Below, piece after piece: positions 14,018 to 29,320 of a stretch of DNA of 64,000 nt. The translations under genes and the position numbers were made by a program. The notes under the pieces were generated by a model. It was not told the DNA's origin and did no database searches. It worked only from the letters and a program-made list of their open reading frames with translations. Source of the DNA: the human T2T-CHM13v2.0 reference genome, Homo sapiens. How positions within the stretch are numbered: position 1 is the stretch's first letter; every line of letters starts with the position of its first letter. The stretch lies in NCBI RefSeq assembly GCF_009914755.1, contig NC_060929.1. One strand, given 5' to 3'.

Positions 14018-17000
14018 CCTTGAATCAGGGAGGACAGGAAGCCATCTGTTTAAACCAAAACTCTTCCTTTCTTTAAAGTATGGTCTGCTCTACTGCCAGA
14101 GACAAGGATGAGTAAAGTTTAGACAAATACAAGGGTAAAACTCCAAAATCATAATTGATTTTTTTGTTTGAAAAATAATTGCTTCTTAATAGAACATGAA
14201 ATCACTCTGCTGCAAAATACTGTATTCACAACAGAGTGAAATTACACTCTGAAATGCTAAAGACAAAATATACAGTGAATAAAATCAACCAAAATAACCT
14301 CAGGTGTTTTAAATATTTATTTTATTTTATTTTATGTGGTCTTTATTGTCTATACATGCACATCCTAAGATAACATTTTAAAAGAATTTTTCAATAAGTA
14401 ACCAAAAACCTCAGCTGGTTTAATACCATGGTATTTTTGGAAGATAAATGAAAAAGTTGGCGCTAAGACTATTCTGAGTAAAAATTGAAATTTGTCTTTG
14501 TTTTTGTTTTCCCAAAGTGAAACTAATATCATTTCTTGGACTACTAACTAAGTGGTTTCAGAATGTGCCTGGGGATTTGGCTTTATTGAGGTTAAAATTT
14601 TACCAAGTACCCTTTGTACATAGGTGAATATTCATAAAAGAGTGTTATTCCCAGCAATTTGTTTAAAGTTTGATAAGCTAAATAGAGAAAGCAAGCTTTC
14701 ACTTATTTGAGGTGTAAATAGGTTTGGTGATTACCACAGTATTTTTAACACCATAAATGTGAATCATACTCTTCCTTTATAATATTAACTCCTTTACAAT
14801 ACTTCCATCATTATAATCCCATTGACTTTCAGGATTGTGCTCTTGCCCATTATTTCAAAATCTCATCATTATGTAACAGATTATTAATAACAGTGAGCTC
14901 TGGTCATTCACCTTTCAATATTCTTCTTTTGACCACTTGCCAAAAGGTGTTTGACATTTCACTGACTTGCTTTTGGGGCTACCCCTGAAAATGTCTTTCT
15001 TTCCTTTAAAAATAATGCAATGTTGTTCAGAAGCAGGAGCTTTCTAACTATTCATACATAGCTGGAGTGCATATTTACATTTATGTGCATGCAAGAGTAA
15101 TAGTATCAAATTTATCTTGAGCACAATTTAAGTTGCATGCCACTTACTGTGATGGAGTTCACCTTTGCTACCCTATTAATCCCAAAATAAGAAAATGCAG
15201 TCAGCATTATAATGTTTTGGTTTTATTATAAAAATATATTTTTAATTCAGTATATATTTATCAAGGAAAAGGAAAGCCACATATTTCAAGTAAAATTAGA
15301 TGAAAATCTATATCATCATTTTCTTTTTTTATATATTTCCATAATTTTTTAATTTTTATTTTAGATTTAGGGAGTATATATACAGGTTTGTTTCCTGAGT
15401 ATATTGCATGATGCTGAGGTTTGGGATATAAATGATCCCATCACTCAGGTACTGAGCATAGTTCCCAATAGTTTTTCAAACCTTGTCTTCCTCCCTCTTT
15501 CCACCACTTCCCTGCTAGTAGTCCTCAGAGTCTATTGTTGCCATGTTTATGTCCATGAGTACCTGAAATGTAGCTCCCACTTATAAATGAGAGCATTTGG
15601 TATTTGGTTTTCTGGTACTGCCTTAATTTACAGCTAGTAGCCTCTAGCTGCATCATGTTTCTGCATAGAACATAATTTAGTTCTGCTTAGTGGCTGCATA
15701 GTATTCCATGGTGTATACATACCACATTTTCTTTATACAGTCCACCATTGATGGGCACCTAGGTTGATTCCACGCCTATGTTATTGTGAGTAGCACCGTG
15801 ATGAACATGCAAGTACCTATGTCTTTTTTATAGAATGATTTGTTTTCTTTTGATATACGCCCAGTGTTCGGATTGCTGGATCAAATGGTAATTCTGTCTT
15901 AAGTTCTTTGAGAAATCTCCAAACTGCTTTCCACAGTGGTTGAACTAATGTACATTCCCACCAACAGTGTATAAATGTTCCTATTCTCTTCAACTTCACT
16001 AACACCCATTATTTTTTGACTTTATTAATAGTAGACATTCTGACTGGTGTGAGATGATATTTCACTGAGGCTTTGATTTGCATTTCTCTAATGATTAGTG
16101 TTGTTGAGCATATTTTCCTATGTATGTTGACAATGTGTATGTCAATAATGTGTATGTCTTTTAAAAAGTGTCTGTTCATGTCCTTTGCTCACTTTTTAAT
16201 ATGGTTGTTTGTTTTATTCTTGTAAATTTGTTTAAGTTCCTTACTGATTCTGGATATTACACCGCTGTCAGATGGATAGTTTGTGAATACTCTCTCCCAT
16301 TCTGTAGGGTGTTTACTTTGTGTGCAGTTTATTTTGCCATGCAGACAATTGTTGGTTTAATTAGATCCTTTATCAGTTTTTGTTTCTGTTGTAATTGCCT
16401 TTGAGGACTTTGTCATAATTCTTTTCCAAGACAAGTGTCCAGATATTTCCTAGGTTTTCTTCCAGGACTCTAATAGTTTGAGATCTTACATTTAAGATTT
16501 TAACCCACCTTGAGTTAATTTTTGTATATGTGAAAGGTAGGGGTCCAGTTTCATTATTCTGCATATGGCTTTCCAGCTACCTCAGTGCCATTTATTAAAT
16601 AGGGAGGCCTTTCACCATTACTCATTTTTGTCAACCTTGTTTAGGATTAGATAGCACTAAGTGTGCAACTTAATTCTGGTTTCTCTATTCTGTTCCCTTG
16701 ATCCATAGATCTGTTTTTGTACCACTACCATGCTGTTTTGGTTACTGTAGCCTCATAGCATATTCTGAGGTCAGCTAAAGTGATACCTTCAATGTGTGCT
16801 TTTTAATTAGTATTATTTTGCCTATTTAGGCTCTTTTTTGTTCCATATGTATTTTAGAATAGTTTTCTTTTTCAATGTCTGTGAAAAATGAAATTGGCCA
16901 TTTGATAGGAATGGTGCTGAATTTGTCAGTTGTTTTGGGGAGTATGGCCATTTTAATGATATTGATTATTTCAATTCATGAACATGTTATGTGTCATTTA

Positions 17001-19648
17001 TGATTTTTAGTGGTGTTTTCTAGTTCTCCTTGTAGAGATCTTTTACTCTGTTTTTAGATGTATTCCTAGGTATTTTATTTTTGTGTGTGGCTATTGTAAT
17101 TGGGGTTGCATTCTTGATTTGCCTTTCAGTTGAATGTTATTGGTGTAAGGAAATGTTAATGATTTCTGCACATTGATTTTTTTTATCATTTCTAATGGCT
17201 TTTTGGTGAATAGTTTGAATTCTTTTCCTATTTTATTTTTCTACTTAGATGCCTTTTTTCCTTATCTTGCCTAATTGCTGTAGCCAGCACTTCCAGTACT
17301 ATTTTGAATAGGAGTGGTGAGAGTGGGTACCCTTGTCTTGTTGTAGTTCTCAAGGGGAATACTTCCAGTTTTAATCCATTCAGTGTGATGTTAAATGTGG
17401 ATTTTTCATAAATGTCTCTTTTTTTTTGAGGTGTGTTGCTTTGATGCCTACTTTATTGGGGGTTTTTATCATAAAGGGATGGCAAATTTTATTGGAAGCT
17501 TTTCCTTCATCTATTGAGAGGTTCATATGTTTTTTAAAAAAGTACTGTTTATGTGGTGAATCACATTTATTGATTTGGGTTTGTTGAATCAAACTTGAAT
17601 CTCAGAAATGAAGCCTACTTGATCATAGTGAATTAACTTTTTGATATGCTGTTGGATTTGGTTTATTGGTATGTTGTTGAGGATTTTGTGTCCATGTTCA
17701 TCAGGGATATTGGCTGGTAGTTTTATTTTTTATTGTGTCTTTGCCAGTTTTTGGTTTCAGGGTGATGTTGGCTTCTTCGAATGAGTTAGGGAGAATTTCA
17801 TCCTCCATTTTTTTTGGAATAGTTCCAGTAGAATTGGTATCAACTCTTCTTGTATCTGCTAGAATTAGAATCCATCTGGTCTGGGATCTCTTTGGTTGGT
17901 AAGTTTTTTATTACTGATTCAATTCTGGAACTCAATATTGGTCTGTCCAGTACTTCAATTTCTTCCTGATTCTGTCTTTGGAGGTTGCGTGTTTCTAGGA
18001 ATGTATCCATTTCCTCCAGATTTTCTAGTTTGTGTGCATAGAAGTACCCATTCATATTAGTCTGAGGTTCTTTCGTATTTCTGAGAAATTCATTGAAATA
18101 TCACCTTTGTAGATTCTGATTGTGCTAATTTGAATCTTTTTTCCTTTTTTCTTTGATAATCTAGCTACCTGTCTATCAATCTTTTTTATCCTTTCAAATA
18201 ACGTAACTTTTGCTTTTAATGATTCTTCATATGGATTCTTGGGTCTTAATTTCATTCATTTCTACTCTCATTTTAGCCATTCCTCTTCTTCTGGTAGTTT
18301 TGGGGTTATTTTATTATCGTTTTTCTGGTTACTGTAGGTGCGCTGTTAGATCGTTGATTTGAGACCTTTCCTTTTGAGGTAGGTATTTAGTGCTATACTT
18401 TCCTCTTAACATTGCTGTGCTTACATCCCAAAGATGTTGGTAGGTTATGTCTTTGTTTTCATTTATTTGAAAACAAATAAATTTATGTCTTGATTTCATT
18501 GTCTACCCAAAAGTCATTCAGAAGCAAGTTTTTAAATTTTCATGTAGTTGTGTGTTTTGAGATATGTTCTTGGAATTGATTTACATTTTTATTGCACTGT
18601 GGTCTAAGAGTATGATTTGTATGATTCTGATTTTTAAAAATATATTAAGACTTTCTTTATGGCCAATTATGTGGTTGATCTTGGACTTTGTCCCATGTAA
18701 AGATAAGAAAAATGTATATTTGGTGGTTGATAGGTAGAGTATCCTGTATATTTTTATTTGATTCAATTGGTCAAGTGTCAAGTTTGGGCCCATAATGTCT
18801 TTGTAAGCTTTCTGCTTCAACAATCTGTCTACTGTTGTCAGAGTGGTGTGATGTCCTCACTATTATTATATGGCTGTCTAAATCTTTTCATAGGTCTAGA
18901 AGTACTTGTTTATGAATCTGGGTGCTTCATTGTTGGGTGCTTATATATTTGGGATAGTTAACTCATTTTGTTGAATTGTACACTTTATGATTATATAATG
19001 CCTTTATTTACCCTTTTATACCTTTGCTGGTTGAAAGACTGTTTTATCTCATATGAGAATAGTGACTTTTGCTCATATTTGTTTTCTATTTCTGTTGTAG
19101 CTCTTACTTCAACCCTTTTCTCCTTTTCTTTGAACCTATAAGTGTCATCATGTGTGCAATGGGTCTCTTAAAGACAGCCGATAGATGGGTCTTTCTTTCT
19201 TTCTTTTTTTTGTCCAACTTGCCTCTCTGTGCCTTTTAACTGGGGAGTTTGCACCATTTACTTTCAAAATTAATATTGATAAGTGAGGTTTAGAAGCTGT
19301 TGTGAAGTTGTGAGCTTGTTGACTTCTAGTTTCTATTGTCTGGTTGCTTTATAGGATCTGCAGGATATGTACTCAAGTGTGTTTGTGTGGTAGCAAGTAC
19401 CATTTTTTCATTTCAACATTGAGAACTCCCTTAAGGATCTTTTGTAAGGATCTTTTGTATTGTTAATGAATTCCCTTAGTGCTTGCTTCTCTGGAAAAGA
19501 TTTTATTTTTCTTTCACTTACAAAGCTTAGTTTGAGGGATATAAAATTCTTAGTTGGAATTTATTTTATTCAGAATCCTGAAAATAGGCCACCAATCTCT
19601 CCTGGCTTGGATGGTTTCTCCTGAGAAGTCCACTAAGTCCACTGTTAG

Positions 19649-19982
<334 letters not shown>

Positions 19983-20753
19983 CTATGAGGTTCCCTTAGT
20001 ATGTGATTTACCCTTTATCACTAGCTGCCTTTAAGAGTTTTTCTTTAGTATTGACAATGGACCATTTGGAGACTATATGCCTTGGTGATGTTCATTTTGT
20101 CTAATATCTCACTGATAGTCTCTAGATTTCTTACATTTGGATGTCTACCTATCTAGCAAAATTAGGAGAGTTTTCTTGAATTATTTCCTCAAATATATTT
20201 TCCAGGTTGATTACTTTTTATCTCCAAAATATCTATACTTCACAGGTTTGATCACTTTACATAATCCTATGTTTTTTGATAAGTTTATTCATTTAAAAAG
20301 TTCTTTTTTGGAAAGTTTTGTCTGACTAGGTTGGTTCAAAAGATCGATCTTCAAGCTCTGAATTTCTTCTGTTGCTTGGTCCAGTCTCTTGATAAAGCTT
20401 TCAATTGTATTTTGAAATTTCTTAAGTTAGTTTTTCAATTCCAGAAGCGCTAATAGATTTCTTTTCAAGATGTTTATTTCTTCCTCCATTTCCTGGATAG
20501 CATTAGAAGTTTCTTTGTGTTGATTATCAACCTTGTCTTGGATCTCACTGATTTTCCTTGCATTTCAGGCTTTTAATCATTTATCTGTCACTACTGAGTT
20601 TCCATTTTTGCTAGGGACCATTGCTGGAGAGGTAGTACAATCCTTTGTGGTGTTACTACATTCTAATTTTTCATGGTGACAGAATTCTTGCACTGGTTCC
20701 TTCTCATCTGGAGACACTGGCACTGCTAATTTTAAAATTTGTATGTGGGTAGG

Positions 20754-21112
20754 TGATATGGCTTGGCTGTGTCCCCACCCAAATCTCATCTTGAATTGTA
20801 ATGTCCATAATTCCCACATGTTGAGGGAGAAACCCAGTGGGAGGTGATTGAATTATGGCGGTGGGTCTCTCCTGCGCTGTTTTCATGATAGTGAATGAGT
20901 CTCATGAGATCCGATGGTTTCAAAGAGGGGACTCTCCCTGCACAAGTTATCTTCTCTTTTCTGCCACCATGTGAGATGTGCCTTTCACCTTCTGCCATGA
21001 TAGTGAGCCTTCCCCAGCCACGTGGAACTGTAAGTCCAATAAACCTCTTTCTTTTGTAAATTGCCCAGTCTTGAGTATGCCTTTATCGGCAGTATGAAAA
21101 AAGATTGAAACA
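20754..21112 (+). mobile_element. THE1 (A/B-type) solo LTR
   Basis: TGATATGGCTTGGCTGTGTCCCCACCCAAATCTCATCTTG start, CA end, aataaa signal; flanks gtagg/gtata. Confidence 0.92.
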
Positions 21113-21590
21113 GTATATATTTTTTTCTTTCTTTCCCTGTAAAATTATGTTTCTTTCTCTCCCCACCCCAATATTATGTTTTTCCCTTTCCCCTTACCCC
21201 TTCCCTAGGGAGTGTGAATGTAGAGATGCTGGGTAGAATTTTTGGCTTGCTTCTATAGCCCTATGAACTTTTTCAGAAAGTTTTACATTGGGCTGTGCAG
21301 TTTTACCTACATGCCCTTAGATGGTTCTTATAAGTAAGAGCTGGCCAATGTGATAGGGTATATACATAATCCTTGTTTACAGCAGAATCTCTCTGTCGCC
21401 TCAGGCAATGGATTGATTCATGGAATACACAGTGCTCTGAGATCCCTGCTCAGTGCAGAGGGGTGGGAGCCACAAAGGGCAAAGCCAGATCATGCAGGTC
21501 CACCTATAAGGCCCCCAGTGGCATGCATCAGCACCAACCAGTGCTGAAGAAGAATCCATTTGGTGGCCACCAAGCACCAAAGGCATGCTA

Positions 21591-21980
21591 GGCATGGAGC
21601 TGGGAAACCTCTTCCATTCCAAGTTCTCTGCATGGGGATGAGGGTGGCCTAAACCTCTAATCCAGGAGAGTGGATGCTCCAGATCCCTGGATATCTGCCT
21701 GGTCCTGGAGCAGAGAGGGATCACTGCACACCAAGTTTTCTGCACAGGATGAGTAGGGTGACCCAGGCTACAGATCCAGATCAGCTGACATTCCAAATGC
21801 CTGGAGATCTGCCTGGGCATGAACATAAAGAGCACCCTTACACCATGATCTAAGTCCAGGAATGGTGGGGCAGTACAGGCTGCTGGTCTAGGCAAGTGGA
21901 TGTTCTTAATGCCTGTATTTCTGCCTGTGGTTGGAGCAGAGAGGCCCCTGCTACACCATGATCTCAGGAGAGCAGGGTGG
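21591..21980. repeat. ~110-114 bp diverged tandem repeat, about 3.5 units, in the L1 5'UTR
   Basis: Units end in tctgcct at 21700, 21814 and 21926; recurring ggagcagagagg, acaccatgatct, gtggatg.tc. Confidence 0.75.
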
Positions 21981-24900
21981 GACACCAAACAATGGCACAC
22001 AGAGATCAGTTTCATGTTACTAAGCTGTCCCTGGCTGCAAGTCATACCACCTGGGAGAAAATGCAGCTGGCGCAGGTCTCCTCCTGCCCCAGGCTTGCCA
22101 TGAGGGACAGCACAATTCCAGCCCTACTGCTGGGGCACTTTCAACAGTTCTGGCTGTGGAGGCCCCTACTGGGCTCCAGAGCAGGTGTTACAGTCCCTGT
22201 CCTGAGACTAAAATGCCTGTTCAGCCACACTGTCAGTCCACCAAGGAATGACTGACTTTATATGTACCCAGATTTAAAACGGTGTCATGCTCTCAGGTCT
22301 GCGTGTAGGAAAATGTCTTCAGCTTTTCCCGGTCTCTTTCTCTAATAGCATCTTCATTCTTTCCCAAAGTTAGCTTCAGGTGTGGGAAGAAACAAAACAC
22401 TCTGCCTTGGCCTGTGCTGTATGGATCCCCAGTGGAAAGGTAAGTCTCTCTCTCATGTACTGGGGGCTTCAGTCCCTTTTATCAGCCAGATACCATCATG
22501 GGGGCTGTTTGCTGGCATTTTTCTCTCTGATTTCTGGGATGTCCTTTATGATACTGGTGGATTCCCATTTTTCTTCTTTAATTAAAGCTCAGAGTTGATC
22601 TTGATGTACTATCTTGTTGTTTCCAAGTGGCTGAGGCATGCTGAAAGGCGTGCTGAAAGCCTCTAACCCTGCATCATCACATTCCTTAACACAGGAAGAC
22701 TTTTCTCAGACTTTTAGTAATGCTTCGTGTACCAAAACCCACAATTAAATTTCCTTAAGCATTAGTAAGATGAAATAAAGTGCCATTTACTGTAATTTTA
22801 TTTTTAATTACACATAATGCTTTATTATTTTGATCCATTTTCAATGTTATAGTGAATATTTCAAATTACTGTGCTGTTCTTCTAAATTAAATATGGTTTA
22901 TATCATTCTTCATAGAACAAAAAACCTCCAGTATCTTAAAAAACTAGTATTTGTCTGAATATCAAACATACTTCATTCAACACAGGCTTTTTTGTTTATA
23001 GAGGTCAATACACAAATATAACTTTTCAGACTCAGAAATTGTATTTCACTTGGTGTTCTGCCACTGTTTTGTAATGAATGTATTGTGTATTTTCTTGACT
23101 TTTTATGTGTACTTTAATACCTATTTAAGCCTTTCTGTCTTCAATATAGTTTTTTGAGAACTCAGCATAAGTAAAAAATTGATTTATTAGGAACTTGATA
23201 TTTTATATTCAAAATAATTTGTGACTAAGCATGTTATCATCTTCATCTCTCATACATAAACCATATCTTAATGAATAATATAACACATGGTATTTCTCTT
23301 CACTTTATGAGATCAAATGTTATGGCATATGTATATACTTATGAAACCCTCACCAAAATCAAAATAATAAAATATCAATTCCAAAGGCTTCTTCCTGCTC
23401 TTCTCTGCTGCAATTGTCCCTCTCTCTAGGTAACCGCCAATCTGCTTTGTGCCATTATACATTAGCATGTATTTTGTTTAATTTTATATAAATGGAATCA
23501 TACAGAATATTAATTGCTAAACAGTATTGCATTGTATACCATAGTTTGATTATTTGTTGATAGACATTTGGGTTTTTCTCAGTTGTGTGCTATGACAAAT
23601 AATGTTGCTATGATTATTTGTGCAATTATCTGCAAGTTATGCTTTCATTTTCCTTGGGTAACTACCTAAGAGTGGAATAGCTGTGATATATGGTATGTGC
23701 ATGTTTAACTTAAGAATACGTCAAACCATTTTCCAAAGTGGTTGTACCATTTTATTTTCAATTTCCACCAAAAGTTTATGAGAGTTTAAATTCCTACGCA
23801 AATTTATCAATATTGTTAGGTTCAGTATTTTTAATTTTAATCATTCTAACAAGTGTGAAGTGGTATTTCATTAGTTTTCATGTTGACACATGTTTTTATG
23901 TGCTTATTCGCCATCTATATATTTTCTTTGGTAATTATCTCTTCAAATATTTTGTTAATTTATGTTTGGTTATTCATTTTCTCATTGTTGAGTTTTGAGA
24001 GCTCTTTATACATTTGCAAATATTTTCCTCAGATCTGTGCTTTTGTTTACATTAACACCAGCTGATTTAAATTTTGATGCTGTATCTTTTCGAATCGTGA
24101 TTTTTGGTGTCATGTCTAAGAAATCATGGCCTAATCAAAAGTGCAAACATTTTCTCCAGAGTTGCCTTATAGAAGCTTTGCGGTTTTGGTTTCACATTCA
24201 GGTTTATTAGACTTGAGTTCAATTTTTTTATGGTGTTAGTCTAAGCAGAGATCATAGTGAATTTTATTGCATATGGATATCTGAAAGTTCTAACTGTTTG
24301 ATACAAATATTATCAATTTTCCGCTGATCCTTAAGTATTTGTCAAAAATAAGTTCTTCATATATGTATTGTCTGTTTCTGAAATCTATGCTCTATTTCAT
24401 TATATATTTCTGTATGTTTAGCAACACACTGTCTTAAATACTTCAACGTTATGATGTTTTAAATGAGGAAGTATTAGTTCCTCTTATTCAAAGCTGTTCA
24501 AAGTTTTATTTCCTTTGAATTTGCATATGAATTTTAAAAGCAGCTTGTCAGTTTCTATAAAGAAACTCACTGGGACTTAGAATGGGGTTATGTTGAATCT
24601 CTAGACCAATAGGGGATAGTCACCATGTCAATACTCCTGAACATTTCTAACTATTAATGCGGTACACATCTCCATTTATTTAAGTTCTCTTAGCAATATT
24701 TAGTAGTTTTCAGTGAAAGAGTATCTTTCACATTTTGTCAGCTGTATTCCTAAAGATTGTATTTCATATATTTTAATACTATTATAAATAGTATTACTTT
24801 TAAGCTTCGGTTTTCAAATATTTTCTCTAATATATAGAAATACAATTAATCTGTTTATATTAATCTTGTTTTCTGCAACATTGCAAAGTTCATGTATTAG

Positions 24901-25619
24901 TTCTCGTAATCTTTGGTCAATTCCGTTTTGATTTTCTGCATAGATGATCATGCCTTCTGTAAACAGAAACAGTTTTTTTTTTCCTAATTGGCTCATCTTT
25001 TCTTCCATTTTTTTTTAAACCTAGTTTTACCAACGCAAAGTCCAGAACATTGTTAATAGGGGTACTAGAAACAGACCTTCTTGTCTTGTTTCTGATCTTA
25101 GGGAGAGATAATTAAGTCTTTCATTGCTAAATGTCAGTCAAGCTATAGATATTTTGTAGATAGCATGTATTACATTACAAAAAAGATGCTTCTATCCCTC
25201 GTTTGCTTAGAGTATATTCATCAGAAATGAATGTTGAATTTTGTCAAATGTTTCTCTGTATCTATTAAAATAATCATTTTTTCTTTTAAAAATGTTTTAA
25301 TATGGGGATATAGATAGATTTTTTTAACGTTAAGCAAACATTGTATTTATTAGATAAACTCCACTTGGTCATTATGTATTTATTATGATTTTTATATGTT
25401 GCTGGAGGGGGTTGACTAACTAAATTTTTGTTTCAAATTTTTGTATATGTATTCATGAGAAATATTAGTCCATGAGGAATATTTATTTTTTTCTAATGCC
25501 TTTGCCTAGTTTTGGTATAAATGTGCTGGGAAGCATAACTTTTTCAAGTTTCTGGAAGATTTTTGTAGAAGTATTATTTCCTCCTTAAATATTTGGTAAA
25601 ATGCGCTGTAAAGACTTTG

Positions 25620-25831
<212 letters not shown>

Positions 25832-26354
25832 ACAAGGTTTTTAAACACAAATTTCATTTTTAAAGTAGATATAAGACTATTCATATTATCTGTTTGATCA
25901 TAAATGCATTTTGTTTACATCCTTCAAACCATTTGTCTTTTTATCTGTTTTTGCATTTATTGGCAAAAATATTACTCACAATATTTCTTATCTATTTAAT
26001 ACTTACAGAATCTCTAGTGATGTAACCCTTCTCATTCCTGAAAAAGGCAATTTGTGTATTCCTTCCTTTTTAATTGATGAGTATGGCTGCAGGCCAATCA
26101 ATATTATTGATCTTCTAAAAGAGCTTGCTTTTATTTCATTGATTTAAAAAATCATTTTCTGTTTTCTATTTCACGGATTTCTGCTCTTCTCTTTATTGTT
26201 ACGTTGTTTTCTGCTTTCCTTGGACTCAATTTGCCTGCCTGACTGCCTTTTTCTAGTTTCCTAATTTGGAAGCTGGCATTATTAATTAGAGATCTTTACT
26301 TCTTTTTGTGTATGTTTATGTGTACAATATGCTACTTTTGTTTTGATATATTCA

Positions 26355-26765
26355 TCTTATTTTTTAATTTTTACTGATAGATAATTGAACATATTTATGA
26401 GGTACATGTGATAACTTGATATATCCATACAACATGTAATAATCAGATCAAAAATTTATTATTTCTTTGTGTTGGGAACATTCCAAATCTTCTAGTTACT
26501 CTAAAATATACAATAAACTATTGTTAACTATATTCACCCCATTGTGCAATTGAACACTAAAAATTATTCCTTTTATCTTACTGTACTTTTGTATGCATTA
26601 ACCAACCTTTTTTCATTTCCCTTTCCTCCATACCCTTCCCAACTTCTGGAAACCACCGTTCTACTCTCTGCTTTCATGAGATAAACTTCTTTAGCTCTCA
26701 CATATAAGTGAGGACATGCACATTTATCTTTTTGTGCCTGGCTTATTTCACTTAATATAATGAAT
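26355..26765 (-). mobile_element. L1MA (4/5-like) 3' end
   Basis: tttctttgtgttgggaacattccaaatc; IILSEISQAQKDK ORF2 C-terminal remnant. Confidence 0.8.
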
Positions 26766-28111
26766 ATAGGCACCAGAGCTTTTCATTTTCCCTAGATACT
26801 GTTTTAACAAATTATATGTTTTCATTTCCATTCAGTTTAAACTACAGTTAATTTTTCATTTGAATTCTTCTTTGGCTTATTAATAAAAGTGCACTATTTG
26901 TTTCCAAGTATTTAGAGATTTTTCAGCTTTCTGTTATTGATGTTTAATTTAATTATATTGTAATCAGGAAACATACTTTATCTGACTTGAATAGTTTTAA
27001 ATTTATTTAAATCTATTTTATGGATCACGGGATGGTCTATCTTGGTAAATAGCACTCACATACTTTAAAGAGTGTATATTCTACTCTTTTGGGATGGCGT
27101 ATTTACAAATGTCTGTTATGTCAATTTGGCTGATAGGGCAGTTTCCAGCCTCTATATTTGTTTTTACTGAATTCCTGAAAATGATTTGAGAATTGTCTCT
27201 TTAATACAGGTGTTTCTTGTTCTAAGTCACTCTCAAGTACTATTTAGTTGCTTCTCACAAATTTTGATATATTGTGTTTCCATTTTCATTCAGATCAAAA
27301 ACATTCTTTTGACTTCTTCCTCCCACTTGGTTGTTTAAAAGTGTGTGTTATTCACTATTCACTTGATGAAGTATTTTGAGATATGTTTTGGTTATTGATT
27401 TATAAATTAACTCCACTAGTCTCAGAAATAATATCTTGTATTATATGAAACTTATTAAATACATTGAAACATACTTTATGACTCAGAATATGGACTATCT
27501 TGATAAATATTCAGTAAGCCCTTTGAAAAATGTGTGTTCTGCTGTTGTTGAGTAAAGTGTTTTATCCATCTCAATTCTTAGGTCACAATGGCTGATGTTG
27601 CCGTTCAACTGTACTATAATCTTGCAGATTTGGGGGAATATTTATTTCTCTAGAAATAACTGAGAGATATATATGTTGCAATCCCTAGGTTTGTTGATTT
27701 GCTTATTCTTCTTTTCATTTTTATCACTTTTTGCTTCATACATTTTTAAACTCTGTTACTAGGTATGTAAGAATTTTAGATATGCTGGATGGAAACTAAT
27801 ATTTACCACTTATTCTGTGGCGAATTATCTTTTACAACTGAAGCAAGATCATTCTGAATACTCAGTGCCGCATGAATTTTGAAGTTTGCCAGTGAGGTTG
27901 GTGGGAATAGGCTATATTCCTAGCCCTGCTGGAGTCCTCTTGATCAGTTCCTTCCAATCTTTCCAGATGGTTATTTACCCAGCCTCAGGTCATTTTGTCC
28001 TGTGCTCATCAGAACTCTGCTGAACATCCTCTGCAGAGCCAGGGCTTCCCTTTGTGCACCTCCCACCTCACTGAAGCTGGCGAATTCAGATTCTTAGGCC
28101 TTGCCAATTTA

Positions 28112-29320
28112 AACAATATTTATTTAATTTTCTTTATTGTTTGTTTATTCTATTTTTTCATAAATTCAGGGGTTATATGGGCATGTTTGTTACATGGACA
28201 TATTGCATAATAGTGAGTTTTGGGCTTCTAGTTTGCCCATTAATGAAATAATGAATGTTGTACCCAATAGGTAAATTTTTAACAGTCACCTCCATCCTAC
28301 TCTCCACACTTTTTTGGTGTCTCCAGAGTCTATTATTTGCCTCTGTATGTCCATGTGTACCCATTGGTTAGTTCCCACTGATAGAGGCAGGAGGCAGGCA
28401 AATGCCTAGGCAAATAGGGAAAGGCACCCCAGAGAATCTCTGACCCACTCCACAGGCATGTACACCAGATGTTTTTGTGCAGATAAGGAAGCCTGCACAG
28501 GGTCTTCCCTGGGCATGCCTGCAATAGACTGGAGGCCCACATTCACTGGGAGAATCAGGTGGAGCCACCGGGAATTTGTGCCTCATGCAGTGGAGGAGCC
28601 TGGCCTCTTCAGCTCATGTGTGGTGGCCTGATATTCAATTTGTGAGGTGAAAACCTGCATGCAGAACCCCTTTTCTTGCTGAGTGCTTTCCTTTCACTTA
28701 ATAAATTCCACCCTCCTCACCTTTCAATGTGTATGCATGCCTAATTTTTCCTCGTCATGAGACGAGAACCTGGATTTAGCTGAACAAAGGAACACAAAAT
28801 AATGCATCACCACTTGTAAGTGAAAACATGTAGTTTTTGATGTTCTGTTTCATAGCTACATCACTGATGATAATGGCCTCTAGCTCTATCCACGTTACTG
28901 CAAAAGATGGAATTTCATTCTTTTTTAATGGATGTGTGATATTCCATGGTGTACATATACCACATATTCTTTATCTAGTCATCTATTGATGGGCACTTAG
29001 GTTGATTCCATGACATTGCTATTGTGAATAAGTGCTTTGAGAAACATACAAATGCAGATGTCTTTTTTATATAACAATTTATTTCTCTTTGGGTATACAC
29101 CCAGTAGTGGAATTGCTGGTCAAATGGTAGTTCTATTTTTAGTTCTTTAAGAAATCTCCACACTGTTTTTCATAGAGAGTATACTGATTTACTTTCCCAC
29201 CAACATTGTATAAGCATTCTCTTTTCTCTCCACCTTTGCTAACATCTGGGTTATTTATTTATTTTGAGTTTTTAGTTACCTGACTGTTGTAAGCAGGTAT
29301 GTCATTGTGGTTTTAATTTT
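28112..29320 (-). mobile_element. 5'-truncated L1 (L1PA16/L1PB-like), interrupted by an ERV1 LTR
   Basis: 3'UTR plus [14 protein letters not shown] remnant; flanking cttgcca repeats at ~28100 and 29321. Confidence 0.85.
28379..28809 (+). mobile_element. ERV1 solo LTR, MER61-like
   Basis: TG...CA termini, 431 bp, aataaa signal, perfect 4-bp TSD CCAC (28375-28378 / 28810-28813); starts TGATAGAGGCAGGAGGCAG; family assignment tentative. Confidence 0.8.
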
